Of a stretch of DNA of 64,000 nucleotides, positions 7,457 to 16,449 are shown piece by piece. The notes under the pieces are model-generated. The model ran no database searches. It was not told where the DNA came from and was given only the letters and a program-made list of their open reading frames with translations. The translations under genes and the position numbers were made by a program. The DNA comes from a virus (lineage: Duplodnaviria; Heunggongvirae; Uroviricota; Caudoviricetes), in the IMG/VR virus record IMGVR_UViG_3300042900_000713, positions 39,886 to 103,885 of that record, one strand, 5' to 3'. Each line of letters opens with the position of its first letter. Positions within the stretch are counted from its first letter, which is position 1.

Positions 7457-7610
7457 CAAAATCCTCTACATATGACTCTACACTCTCAGCAGGTTCTAGG
7501 TCAAATACTTTCTCAAAATCAATATCCTTGGCATTAAAATCTGAAAATACATTAAACTCCAAGGTTACACGAACCTTTTTCTTTTGTGCTTGAAGAAATG
7601 CAACTGACAT
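7449..7610 (-). CDS. hypothetical protein ~53 aa
   Basis: Internal ATG (MSVAFL) preceded by TTGACA-17-TATAGT. Confidence 0.45.
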   Translation of the reverse strand: MSVAFLQAQKKKVRVTLEFNVFSDFNAKDIDFEKVFDLEPAESVESYVEDFGV

Positions 7611-7631
7611 AAGAACTCCGTGTGGTTGATC

Positions 7632-7670
7632 TGAAGGTACTATACGATGATATGAGAGGTTTGTCAAGGG
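7632..7670 (-). promoter_or_regulatory. sigma70-like promoter TTGACA-17-TATAGT (minus strand)
   Basis: Minus strand CCCTTGACAAACCTCTCATATCATCGTATAGTACC; drives 7449..7610. Confidence 0.55.
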
Positions 7671-7768
7671 TGTTGAGAGTATGTATGTGAGTCTCATGAG
7701 AAATGTGAGTCTTATGAGGTTTTATGTGTATTTTTATGTCCGGGGTCTGGGAAAAATATCGGGCCTGC

Positions 7769-7797
7769 TTGACAAAAATGCCCTCGTGTGATATAAT
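7769..7797 (+). promoter_or_regulatory. perfect consensus sigma70 promoter TTGACA-17-TATAAT (plus strand)
   Basis: ttgacaaaaatgccctcgtgtgatataat; faces the iteron arrays and the HNH gene. Confidence 0.6.
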
Positions 7798-7877
7798 TAC
7801 TTCCAAGATCACAAGGATCTGAAGGGTATAAGTTACATAAGTTACATAATAATCTGATGAATCTGATGTATTTTAAG

Positions 7878-8033
7878 AACATAAGAACCATAATATACAC
7901 ATAAGATTACATAAGAACCATAAGACTACATAAGAACCATAAGATTACATAAGAACCATAAGACTACATAAGAACCATAAGATTACATAAGAACCATAAG
8001 ACTACATAAGAACCATAAGATTACATAAGAATA
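7878..8033. repeat. tandem 19-bp direct repeats TACATAAGAACCATAAGAY (~7.5 copies, 38-bp higher-order unit)
   Basis: Six perfect alternating GAC/GAT copies 7908-8021 plus degenerate flanking copies. Confidence 0.85.
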
Positions 8034-8098
8034 AAGTTTTCCACAAGTATAAAGAGTTTTCCACAAGTATAAAGAGTTTTCCACAGGTTTTCCACAAC
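8034..8098. repeat. tandem 20-bp repeats AGTTTTCCACAAGTATAAAG (2.5 copies; TTTTCCACA x4)
   Basis: Immediately upstream of the HNH gene. Confidence 0.8.
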
Positions 8099-8162
8099 TA
8101 CAGATTGTCTCCATTTACTACCCTACTTTCACCTATATACAAAAAAGTATGAGAAAATCAAT

Positions 8163-8714
8163 ATGTTTCAGAAGGTCACAAAGAAGATCTCTGATATTGA
8201 AGGTATGGAAAACTATAAGTTCTATTATGTTACCACCGATGGAGAGATCTATTCAACCAAATATAAGAAACCAAGAAGATTAAAGGAACAATGGTCTAAT
8301 GGTAATCAATCTTATAGAGTAGTTCAACTCTCTAATGGCAAGGGTAATCACAGATCCTTTTATATTCATCGTATTGTTGTAGAAGCATGGTTACCAAATC
8401 CAACAGACTCATGGGGTATTCAACATATTGACGGAAATGTTGAAAATAATGCTCTATCCAACCTAAGATGGATTGGTAGAAAAAAGGAAAGAGATGGTCT
8501 AATAGGTTTAGATACTGATCAATTAGAATTAAGTAAAGATCTAAGTGATTATATTCGTTTAGTACACGATGCTGCAATTAGAAAAAACATTCCTGTTCCT
8601 GATACATATGAGTTCTTTCATAAAATCTTAAATGAATCATTGAATGAGTACATCAATCGTTATGGTCTCAAGAAGACAATGTACTTGTTAGAGAATTCAA
8701 AAGAAACAATCTAA
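8163..8714 (+). CDS. HNH homing endonuclease (NUMOD4 + HNH_3 family)
   Basis: YKFYYVTTDGEIYS (NUMOD4-like) and IHRIVVEAWL…HIDGN…NLRW motifs; only convincing plus-strand gene. Confidence 0.8.
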   Translation: MFQKVTKKISDIEGMENYKFYYVTTDGEIYSTKYKKPRRLKEQWSNGNQSYRVVQLSNGKGNHRSFYIHRIVVEAWLPNPTDSWGIQHIDGNVENNALSNLRWIGRKKERDGLIGLDTDQLELSKDLSDYIRLVHDAAIRKNIPVPDTYEFFHKILNESLNEYINRYGLKKTMYLLENSKETI

Positions 8715-9101
8715 CGTAACTTGAGAAGGTGTTCCATCAAACTTATAATGATACGTAAGAGCATCTGCTTTTACATAATGATCATGATTTACTGATACAC
8801 CAAGAAGATCACACAGTTCCTTATGATTATCTTCTTGATATTCAATTGCATATAACATATGATTCAGAACATGCTCTTCTGAATGATACAAACATAAAAG
8901 TTCCTTAAGACGCACAATGAAATTACCGGAACCAGCACACAGATCTAAAAACTTGAAATTTGGATTCTTGAGTGTTTCTACTGGTATTTCTGCTAACATC
9001 TCATTGACCAATACTGATGGAGTAAAGACTTCACCAGTATTATCAATTCGGTCTTGAGTTCTTTCAAGACTTGAACCTACATTCTTAACCTTTTTTGACA
9101 T
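8697..9101 (-). CDS. DNA methyltransferase, SAM-binding half (motifs X and I)
   Basis: EVFTPSVLV (motif X) and LDLCAGSGNF (FxGxG); overlaps upstream ORF by 17 nt in another frame. Confidence 0.6.
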   Translation of the reverse strand: MSKKVKNVGSSLERTQDRIDNTGEVFTPSVLVNEMLAEIPVETLKNPNFKFLDLCAGSGNFIVRLKELLCLYHSEEHVLNHMLYAIEYQEDNHKELCDLLGVSVNHDHYVKADALTYHYKFDGTPSQVTLDCFF

Positions 9102-9924
9102 AATACGGATTTGGTATAACTTTTAACATATCACAAACTGTACGGAATCCTCCACTAATTTGACATGCCCTACGATAATTATCTGCCTCACTTGAATTCA
9201 AATATTCAATAATATCATCTGCTTCTTCTTTTGAATCCACTAAAATGTACATACAATTATCAGACACACCATATTGCCCGTCATCATAATACGGATAGAA
9301 GTTTCCACCTTCACGGAACACAACCTTTTTCTTTGTTGCTTCTGGTTCTTCTGTCTTATTATAGCATAGATTCAGTTCTCCTGATGCGGTAGTCTTGTTG
9401 ATACTCACAAATGCACCATCAAAGGCAATCATTGGATCATAAGTCTTTGAACGGCAAATGTGTCGCCATGCTCTTCCAATTTGTGGGTTCAGACGAGGAA
9501 TTGAGGAATCAGTATTCAGGTATTTCTGAAGTAAGTCGAGACTATGATTGGGAATAAAGGGATAGTCACGTAAATCAACATCAGTCCAGTCTTCAGATTC
9601 TTCAAAACGCACCTGTGTCGGTCCTGTACGGGGTGTCTTGTGAAGAACGTACCAGTCATAAGGTGTTCCTGCCTTAAAGGTCTTTTTACCCTCTACGGCG
9701 GAGTGAATGGAGAGTTTCTTTACCTGATTGTCAATTAGTAGATGGCGATGTGGATTATTTGGTTTTCTTAGACCAGGTGGATGTACGGAAATCATCAGAC
9801 CATTATCTTTTGTCAGTTCATATTGAATCTGAGCAAAATCCCCATAGGTACTGCTGCCCGTATTATGAGAATCCAAAGAATATGGTGGATTGGATATTGT
9901 TACATCAAATTGAATTGCGGTCAT
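9085..9924 (-). CDS. DNA methyltransferase, catalytic/TRD half (NPPY motif IV)
   Basis: ISNPPYSLDS near the N-terminus; with 8697..9101 forms a beta-class motif order (IV-TRD-X-I). Confidence 0.55.
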   Translation of the reverse strand: MTAIQFDVTISNPPYSLDSHNTGSSTYGDFAQIQYELTKDNGLMISVHPPGLRKPNNPHRHLLIDNQVKKLSIHSAVEGKKTFKAGTPYDWYVLHKTPRTGPTQVRFEESEDWTDVDLRDYPFIPNHSLDLLQKYLNTDSSIPRLNPQIGRAWRHICRSKTYDPMIAFDGAFVSINKTTASGELNLCYNKTEEPEATKKKVVFREGGNFYPYYDDGQYGVSDNCMYILVDSKEEADDIIEYLNSSEADNYRRACQISGGFRTVCDMLKVIPNPYYVKKG

Positions 9925-9985
9925 TGGAGTTGTTTATTATAGGGTCGTCTGAGATGTTCCGTGTGTCAGTTGTTCAGGTGTCCAT
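9925..9985 (-). promoter_or_regulatory. cassette E19 (box variant + TATAAT)
   Basis: Minus: CTGAACAACTGACACACGG…CCCTATAATAAACAACTCCAATG. Confidence 0.5.
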
Positions 9986-10648
9986 GAAGGACAAAATACT
10001 TTCACTTTGCCCATAGATTCTGTTTTTAGTCATTTCAAAATATTCTGTGTTCATTTCAATTCCAATGAAGTTTCTACCACACTGCTTAGCAGCAACACCA
10101 ATCGCACCACTCCCCATACAGGGATCCAATACTGTATCACCAACATTTGAACTTGCCTCAATCAACCTTGACATAAGTTTCACTGGTTTAGGTGTGGGGT
10201 GATCCTTGTAGTGTTCAATAGAATTACGCCATACGGCAGACTTACAATGCTCATTAAACACCGCTCCAGACTTCTTGGCAAATACACAATTTTCAATGCT
10301 CGATAACCAGATATGTTGCCCATTCATCGGAGAAGGATTAGTTTTTTCCCATATACAGTGCCTTACAGATAATCCATGATTTATCAGGTGACTGCGAATA
10401 TGTGAAACTTGAACCGAACCACAGAAAATATAAATGCTTCCAGAAGTCACACGAACAACTTCATCGATAAAGTCATCCAGTGGAAATGTAATAATATCTG
10501 CATGACTCTTATCGAGGTTTCTTAATCCACCACTTTTACGATTTACCTCATCATATGGTATATCCGTAAGAGTAAGAGAAATGCTCCCGTCAGCAAGTGA
10601 TGGGAGCACATTCATACAGTCTTCATTGTATAATTTTACATTATTCAT
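9974..10648 (-). CDS. beta-class DNA N6-adenine/N4-cytosine methyltransferase (CcrM/HinfI-like)
   Basis: LYNEDCMNVLP…LTLTDIPY (motif IV) and VLDPCMGSGAIG…IGIEMN (motif I). Confidence 0.8.
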   Translation of the reverse strand: MNNVKLYNEDCMNVLPSLADGSISLTLTDIPYDEVNRKSGGLRNLDKSHADIITFPLDDFIDEVVRVTSGSIYIFCGSVQVSHIRSHLINHGLSVRHCIWEKTNPSPMNGQHIWLSSIENCVFAKKSGAVFNEHCKSAVWRNSIEHYKDHPTPKPVKLMSRLIEASSNVGDTVLDPCMGSGAIGVAAKQCGRNFIGIEMNTEYFEMTKNRIYGQSESILSFMDT

Positions 10649-11273
10649 AGTTGAAAATAATTGTACTTGGACATACCTTAATTAGGCGCCCCCAATCAAT
10701 GGTATAACTAATTGTATCATAACTTTTATTTTTTGCAATCTTGCGGCGGCACTCATTAAGAGGGAAACGATTTTTATCAAGACCATTTTTCAATTCTTGA
10801 CGCATCACAAGTGCTGCTTTTTTATGAAAAGGAAGTATATAAAGTATAGCATCATTAATCTTATGATTGCAAATTGCCCATCCTTTTACGATTGGTTTTT
10901 TAGAATTAAATCGAATATAATCCTGACTTACAGTTTCGGCAAGAAAATCATCCCAAGTTGCATTTGGATCACGGAATTTATAATCAAGTGTAAATCCCGT
11001 TTTTACAATCCTACGAGTCTTAATACAAATTAGATTGAATGTAGTATCTACTCCTAACCTGTTTTTAAATTTAGATACGCTGTCATTACCATAATTGTCC
11101 TCAAAAGATTCGAAGTCAATTCTCAAACCAAGTTTCTCAAACTCAATATTCAATTGGTGAATGACTTCAAGATGCTCACCATTTTCAATGATTTTCTTTT
11201 CTTTTTTAATAGATTGTTGAAAATCATGAAGTTTATGATTTTTTAGATAAGGACGCTGAATAGTGTAAGTCAT
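10641..11273 (-). CDS. hypothetical protein 210 aa (possible methyltransferase partner or nuclease)
   Basis: ATGA-coupled to the MTase gene; E20 TATAAT promoter upstream. Confidence 0.6.
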   Translation of the reverse strand: MTYTIQRPYLKNHKLHDFQQSIKKEKKIIENGEHLEVIHQLNIEFEKLGLRIDFESFEDNYGNDSVSKFKNRLGVDTTFNLICIKTRRIVKTGFTLDYKFRDPNATWDDFLAETVSQDYIRFNSKKPIVKGWAICNHKINDAILYILPFHKKAALVMRQELKNGLDKNRFPLNECRRKIAKNKSYDTISYTIDWGRLIKVCPSTIIFNYE

Positions 11274-11366
11274 TGTTGGTCTTAGGAGATTAGTGCTGAT
11301 TACCTTGTTATTATAGCAGCAGTTTAGAGACTTGCTTAGGTCTGTTGTGTCAGTTCCTAATGCACC
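11274..11366 (-). promoter_or_regulatory. cassette E20 (subfamily D, TATAAT)
   Basis: ttattatagcagcagtttagagacttgcttaggtctgttgtgtcagttcctaatgcacc. Confidence 0.6.
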
Positions 11367-11381
11367 GCAGGAGGTGAGAGT

Positions 11382-11588
11382 TTAGGTGCATTCAATTACC
11401 TCAGCAATAGTTTCAACATCCCAACCTGGTAATATGCTATACATCCATTCCATGTGGTCATCAAATTCAGAATCTTCTAACTCAAGAACACGATTGATTC
11501 GTTCACTTACTGCAAGTGCTTCATCTTTTGTATCAAACTTTAAAAGACAAGTTTGTGTTTCTGTAACTAAAACATCGTAAGTCATCAA
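11382..11588 (-). CDS. acidic small protein 68 aa
   Basis: ORF ends in E20 box. Confidence 0.45.
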   Translation of the reverse strand: MMTYDVLVTETQTCLLKFDTKDEALAVSERINRVLELEDSEFDDHMEWMYSILPGWDVETIAEVIECT

Positions 11589-11746
11589 TTTTCCTCAGGA
11601 TAAAGTTTCCAACCATCAGCATAAAGTCCAAGTTCTTCACATCGGACTTCATAGGCAATTCGTTGAAGTAGACGCAGATCCATATCTTCCACTGATTTGA
11701 TGATAGAACGGCGGATTTGCTTGTCCTGGACCGTATCGGTGACCAT
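11585..11746 (-). CDS. small protein ~53 aa
   Basis: Internal ATG (MVTDTV) after E21 TATAAT promoter. Confidence 0.4.
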   Translation of the reverse strand: MVTDTVQDKQIRRSIIKSVEDMDLRLLQRIAYEVRCEELGLYADGWKLYPEEN

Positions 11747-11828
11747 GTGTGGTGTTCTTGATACCTCTGTATTATAGGGGCACACAGGAGCATGTGGAGT
11801 GGTGTGTGTGCCAGTTTGAGAAGTGGAT
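11747..11828 (-). promoter_or_regulatory. cassette E21 (box + TATAAT)
   Basis: gtgccagtttgagaagtggatc box; CCCCTATAATACAGAGG. Confidence 0.55.
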
Positions 11829-13258
11829 CAGAAAAGTTTACCGTGTGGTGCAAAAATGTCACTTAATTTACGATTCTTCTTTAATGAAATGTAGAGCATG
11901 TCAGTCCAAAATTCTTTTTGATCTTTTTGCTCCAAAGATTCTGATAAAAACTCAAGTTGCATCAATTTACTGATTGCAATGTTTTTATTTTTAGTTTCAT
12001 CTGAGTTGAATAAATCTTCAATGTATTGAGAAAATTCCTTTCTATTTTTAATATCTGTCTTTACTCTTTTACGCTTTATCTTTACAAATAAAGTTTCATA
12101 TTTTTTTTGCACTCCTTGCTTTTTAAATTCCTCTAATGTATTTGGATATTTGCTATAGTTATTTTCAAATTTTTTATCTAATAAAGTTTCAACCAAATCA
12201 ACTGGAGCCTTTCCTCCTCTTCCACCTGAATCTTTGATATTACTCTCAAATTTTAAATTTGATATTTTTTTATCTGATCCAGAGTTACTTTTAATTTGTA
12301 TTTTATTTTTATCCAGAGTTACTTGAGATTGCTCTACATATTCTTTTGTACCCTTCTGGTACATATTATATTCTATTTCTATTTTATCTACATTATACTC
12401 ATCATCCATATCTTCACTATTTAAGAGAAAATCTTTCATATTTACATAAACAAATCTTGCTTGATTAGCAGTAACCTTTTTAAGAGAAACTCCAATTAAA
12501 TATTCTTTTTTTATTAAATTTCTAAGAATATCATTTAATTCTGATAATGTTTGTGTTTTGGGTTTTCCTTGGATTGATTGTGATAAGATATCTTTAATTT
12601 CAGATTTTTTATCTTTACGAACAATCCATATGTCACTTGGATTCCAAGTTTCATATCTACCAGAATATACCTTCTTCAAACAGATTTTAATAAATTTAGT
12701 AAAATTATCCCCACTCTCTTTATATTCAATTTTTTCCCATTCTTTACCTTTAAATCTTTCTGTTATTTTTTTATTTTGCTTTAGATAAGATTCAAACCAT
12801 TCTGTTGGAATATGATTATTATTAAATATCTTTTTTAATTCAAGATATTCTGGATCATTTTTAACATCTTTAAGTGATTCAAAAGTTACGTTACCAATTA
12901 GTGATCTGTTGAAAATCCAAACAGATCCATCTTCTTGAGTTTTGGTAGTGAGTATTGGTGATTGTTTAGTAATAAACTTTATATCAATTTTTTGGGTTAC
13001 TATTTTACCAGATTTTTTTTCTTTATAGAGAATGGTGATAATTTTATTACTCTTATTTGCATAATTTAAAGTTGCTGTTGGATCTATTTTTTTCAAAGTT
13101 GCTGGCAATTTAATTAATTTTACAACATCAGAATAAGAACTATCAAACCTAGATTTTGATAGTTCTATATCAATTTCTCCATATTTAATTGAAATATCTA
13201 CGTTTACATCTGTATAAACCTTATCTTCTAATAAAGTCAATATTTCTTTTTCTTTCAT
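11828..13258 (-). CDS. Lys-rich 476-aa protein of unknown function on an AT-rich island
   Basis: Long ORF; GC content far below neighbours; stop in E21 box. Confidence 0.6.
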   Translation of the reverse strand: MKEKEILTLLEDKVYTDVNVDISIKYGEIDIELSKSRFDSSYSDVVKLIKLPATLKKIDPTATLNYANKSNKIITILYKEKKSGKIVTQKIDIKFITKQSPILTTKTQEDGSVWIFNRSLIGNVTFESLKDVKNDPEYLELKKIFNNNHIPTEWFESYLKQNKKITERFKGKEWEKIEYKESGDNFTKFIKICLKKVYSGRYETWNPSDIWIVRKDKKSEIKDILSQSIQGKPKTQTLSELNDILRNLIKKEYLIGVSLKKVTANQARFVYVNMKDFLLNSEDMDDEYNVDKIEIEYNMYQKGTKEYVEQSQVTLDKNKIQIKSNSGSDKKISNLKFESNIKDSGGRGGKAPVDLVETLLDKKFENNYSKYPNTLEEFKKQGVQKKYETLFVKIKRKRVKTDIKNRKEFSQYIEDLFNSDETKNKNIAISKLMQLEFLSESLEQKDQKEFWTDMLYISLKKNRKLSDIFAPHGKLF

Positions 13259-13300
13259 GGGTTTAATCCTCGAATTTATTTTTAATACTTGAGAATGTCT

Positions 13301-13696
13301 TTATCTAAACCTCTTCGGTATCTTTGGTTTCTGTACTGTTCCTGTAGTATTTGAAACTCTTTTAGATGCATACTCTGGATCCATCACTATTGAATAGTGT
13401 CTTCTTCCTAATGCATCAGTACCTCTTTGCCCTTGAGTTTTAACTGCCTTTGCACCTTTTTCTGGTTGGTCTTTAATGGACTTCTTAGGTACTAACATTG
13501 TGACATTTGATGTCTTTTCACCTTTTCTCTTCGCAAATCCACGAGCAGTGTTAGGGTGAGTGGCAGCATGTACCTCATCACCCTTGTATCCTGATTTTTT
13601 GATCTTTTCAGCAGTATCTGATGATGTACCATGATGTACTCTTACCATCTTCAATCGTTTTTCTGCTTCAGAGATAAACTGCGAATATGTTTGCAT
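13301..13696 (-). CDS. basic protein (paralog family with 45167..45580 and 47332..47667)
   Basis: N-terminus MQTYSQFISEAEK resembles MKTFQEFMMIAEA and MKSFSVFMEDVA; Lys/Arg-rich. Confidence 0.55.
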   Translation of the reverse strand: MQTYSQFISEAEKRLKMVRVHHGTSSDTAEKIKKSGYKGDEVHAATHPNTARGFAKRKGEKTSNVTMLVPKKSIKDQPEKGAKAVKTQGQRGTDALGRRHYSIVMDPEYASKRVSNTTGTVQKPKIPKRFR

Positions 13697-14044
13697 TCAA
13701 TTATTTTCAAGAATCTCATTTACCCAATCTTCACTGATATTCATTGCCATTACTTCAGCACTCCTAACATTATCAGCATATCCTTCTACGAACAGATATT
13801 CTGCAACTGATTCAAATACACTAGAACCATCTTTTCTCTTCAGTCCTTGTGATTTTAATTTTGCTCTTCCTGCTTTCTGTTTTGTTGCTTTTTCAGCTGC
13901 TTCCCTTCTTCTTTGAATGGCATCCGATTGTGCAAATTGCGTTGCTTCATCAGGTTCATCGTTTTCGCGTTCAACCAAATGATTCACATTTTCATTAAGA
14001 ATGTGTGCATTAGTAATATTAAAATAATTGTCGGAAGTAAACAT
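13697..14044 (-). CDS. hypothetical protein sharing an EGYAD…MAMNISEDW motif with 44435..45109
   Basis: LFVEGYADNVRSAEVMAMNISEDW vs LLDEGYADTEESATAIMANMSEDW. Confidence 0.55.
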   Translation of the reverse strand: MFTSDNYFNITNAHILNENVNHLVERENDEPDEATQFAQSDAIQRRREAAEKATKQKAGRAKLKSQGLKRKDGSSVFESVAEYLFVEGYADNVRSAEVMAMNISEDWVNEILENN

Positions 14045-14101
14045 AATACGAAAGAATATCTTTAGTATTATTTAGTTTCATTATTAATTGACCATCTAAC
14101 A

Positions 14102-14425
14102 TCATTCAAACTCTTTCCGCAATTTCTCATACTCTTTGCGTCGGTGTTCTTTTGATACGATTTTAGCAGCATCTTTGATTTGTTTTTCTTTCTCCAGTTG
14201 CTTCATTCGTTTCTCATACTCCTTGTCGTTTTCTTCACGATGCTTATAGAGATAAAAAACTTCGTGGTCTTGAGTCCATTGATCACTCCCCATTTCAATA
14301 CCTTCCCAACCCTTATCTAATTTAGATTGAAGTTCGGAAATAATATTTTCAAGAGAATCTTCAAAGTAAGATTCGCAATATCTTTCGGTTTCTTTGACTT
14401 GAATGCGGTTAGGTTGTTTAGTCAT
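14102..14425 (-). CDS. hypothetical charged protein 107 aa
   Basis: Minus ORF in compact array. Confidence 0.55.
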   Translation of the reverse strand: MTKQPNRIQVKETERYCESYFEDSLENIISELQSKLDKGWEGIEMGSDQWTQDHEVFYLYKHREENDKEYEKRMKQLEKEKQIKDAAKIVSKEHRRKEYEKLRKEFE

Positions 14426-14436
14426 CGTTCAATAAT

Positions 14437-14739
14437 TTAAATAAAGGAAAATTCGGGGTCTTTAACTGCGAGAACTATTTTAGAATGTTCTCTCACTCTT
14501 TCTCTCATATAACTCATATAATCCAATTCCTCTACATCTTTCCAAATACCATTGGTATGAGAACGCACCCATTCAAGATACCTACGACGAACACCCTCGT
14601 GCCCACCATCAGGTTCTTTGGTTTCTGGATTATAAGACAAACACATCCAAGTGATAAAGGTTGGTGTCTGCCAGAGGTCAATATCACAATCGGTTGTCTT
14701 ATCGGTCAAAGTTAGATTCATACTCATCGCTCTGCCCAA
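14437..14739 (-). CDS. hypothetical protein 100 aa
   Basis: Minus ORF in compact array. Confidence 0.5.
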   Translation of the reverse strand: MGRAMSMNLTLTDKTTDCDIDLWQTPTFITWMCLSYNPETKEPDGGHEGVRRRYLEWVRSHTNGIWKDVEELDYMSYMRERVREHSKIVLAVKDPEFSFI

Positions 14740-14984
14740 TCCCTCAAATCAATTACTTCATACCAATCACAATTCCTATCATACTCTCCACCTTTTGCGA
14801 CATAGGTTGTGTGAGTGGATTTGATTTCTCCTTTGTTTTTACCTTTGGAATAATAATCGTGAATTTCTTTAAACTCTACTTGTTCCCGTGCTTCCTTTTC
14901 AGTTTCATAGCACCCAATCCAGTCTCCAGTGCCGCTTTCTGGATAATAATAATCTCCTACAATCAATAAAAATGGTTTTCTCAT
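14724..14984 (-). CDS. hypothetical protein 86 aa
   Basis: ATG after E22 (-10 TATACT). Confidence 0.5.
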   Translation of the reverse strand: MRKPFLLIVGDYYYPESGTGDWIGCYETEKEAREQVEFKEIHDYYSKGKNKGEIKSTHTTYVAKGGEYDRNCDWYEVIDLRDWAER

Positions 14985-15066
14985 TTCAGTTCGTTGGTTG
15001 TTCTTTCATAGTATAGTATCCCACACACCATCCCAGAGCACCCCTTGTGCCGGTTCTTCAAGTGTC
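14985..15066 (-). promoter_or_regulatory. cassette E22 (box + TATACT)
   Basis: ccccttgtgccggttcttcaagtgtc. Confidence 0.55.
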
Positions 15067-15288
15067 TCCCCTCACTTCCTCATAAGTCGTCACATCTAAA
15101 CGGGATTTGCCTACCCACATTTTACCACAAGAAAGGCAATTCACTTTGAAAGTTGTTATATTTGCATCGGGGTTAGTATTCACTCCATTTTTATCATAGA
15201 CTGGAATATATGATGCAAGAGTTGATGATCCACCACTATGAGAAAAAGCACAATCCTCTCTAGGACATTCTGGATTTGGGTTTTTCAT
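15058..15288 (-). CDS. Cys-rich zinc-ribbon-like small protein
   Basis: CPRED…CLSCG; stop in E22 box. Confidence 0.5.
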   Translation of the reverse strand: MKNPNPECPREDCAFSHSGGSSTLASYIPVYDKNGVNTNPDANITTFKVNCLSCGKMWVGKSRLDVTTYEEVRGDT

Positions 15289-15983
15289 TCTGGAATACTC
15301 TTCAAAGCATTCTCAATAGTATCAAGAATTTCAGGAATCACATCACTATGCTTCCTCACAGTCTCAAAATCTTTCAGTGCCTGTGATTTTAGAGTTGGTT
15401 TTGGACGACGATACTCACGGAGATATGGAACCAAATGTTCTTGGTCGGTACAGTTCAACTCAATTGAAACCCATTCAATACACCTTTCCAGTTCCTCATC
15501 AGCAGCGAGTTGCTGAAGATACTGGATATTCTCTCGGAGACACTCTACAACTTTCTCTGGTGTTGGAGTTTTTCCTTTCCATTCCCAAAGAGCAGGACTA
15601 TCACCACCAAGTTCATCAATCAATCCTGAGAGTGCTGTTGCCCATCGTTTGGTCTCAATTTCCACCATATTAATTGGTTTGGGTTGTTTTGGATACATAG
15701 GTTCCTCTGTGTTTTGTGTTACGAATACTTTGAGCGTTTTTCCATCATCCTGTAGCGATGTGGTGATTTTATTGTACGGGTTCCAGTGCACATACTCTCT
15801 TGTATCTGTGATTACTTCAACTCTTGTGATTACTGGTTTTGGGGTCCTGAGAGCGTCAATATAACGGTCAAGAACAGCATCTGCTCTCACCATATAGGTG
15901 GCGGCAGGAATCTCCCCTATAGCCGCAAAGTTGCGTATTTCAATCAGACTCTCTGCGAGTTCTTTCGTTAGATTGTTAATCAT
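15285..15983 (-). CDS. hypothetical protein 232 aa
   Basis: ATGA-coupled minus ORF. Confidence 0.6.
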   Translation of the reverse strand: MINNLTKELAESLIEIRNFAAIGEIPAATYMVRADAVLDRYIDALRTPKPVITRVEVITDTREYVHWNPYNKITTSLQDDGKTLKVFVTQNTEEPMYPKQPKPINMVEIETKRWATALSGLIDELGGDSPALWEWKGKTPTPEKVVECLRENIQYLQQLAADEELERCIEWVSIELNCTDQEHLVPYLREYRRPKPTLKSQALKDFETVRKHSDVIPEILDTIENALKSIPE

Positions 15984-16273
15984 TTTAGTTTCTCTATATG
16001 TCGTTTAGCAAATTCACTCATTTTTTTAAGTTCATCTCGTCCCTCATCACTCAAAAAGTATTCGGCATCATTTACCCAGGTGCTCGCCCCAGAACTGTCT
16101 ATTTTTATCTCTGGTTTATAAGGTTTCTTTTTAATATCCTCGTATCTTTTTTTAACATCATCATAAGTTTTAATAGCATCATATCTACTAGGATTGAAGG
16201 CATTTGCGATAGTATAAAATCCTTCTCCAATAGAAGCAAATCCCATAGAAATATATTTAAGAAAGTTAGTCAT
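15980..16273 (-). CDS. hypothetical protein 97 aa
   Basis: ATGA-coupled. Confidence 0.55.
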   Translation of the reverse strand: MTNFLKYISMGFASIGEGFYTIANAFNPSRYDAIKTYDDVKKRYEDIKKKPYKPEIKIDSSGASTWVNDAEYFLSDEGRDELKKMSEFAKRHIEKLK

Positions 16274-16449
16274 TGGAGCGCCTCCAGTTCATCAGCATAC
16301 TTATAAAGAATACCAGGATACCCATTCATAGTGTCTGGGACGGTTCGCAAAGCAGTCACAAGTGCCTCACGCATATCATCTGTGGGTTCCTGGGTAAGTT
16401 CTCCACAAAAGGCGTCCCAGATTTTTTGTGTCCTCTCAGTGATGGTCAT
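16270..16449 (-). CDS. hypothetical protein 59 aa
   Basis: ATGA-coupled at both ends; not in ORF track. Confidence 0.4.
   Translation of the reverse strand: MTITERTQKIWDAFCGELTQEPTDDMREALVTALRTVPDTMNGYPGILYKYADELEALQ

Noticed and set aside
7552-7900. Minus-strand ORFs 7552..7812 and 7712..7900
   Set aside because: Overlapping ORFs in low-complexity promoter/iteron DNA. The region contains two divergent sigma70 promoters and is more plausibly non-coding.
7878-8098. CRISPR array
   Set aside because: The 19-bp and 20-bp units are directly contiguous with no unique spacers.
10641-11273. Confident call of a restriction endonuclease partner for the MTases
   Set aside because: Only weak D…DYK (PD-(D/E)xK-like) spacing, with no supporting motifs. 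Kept as a hypothesis only.
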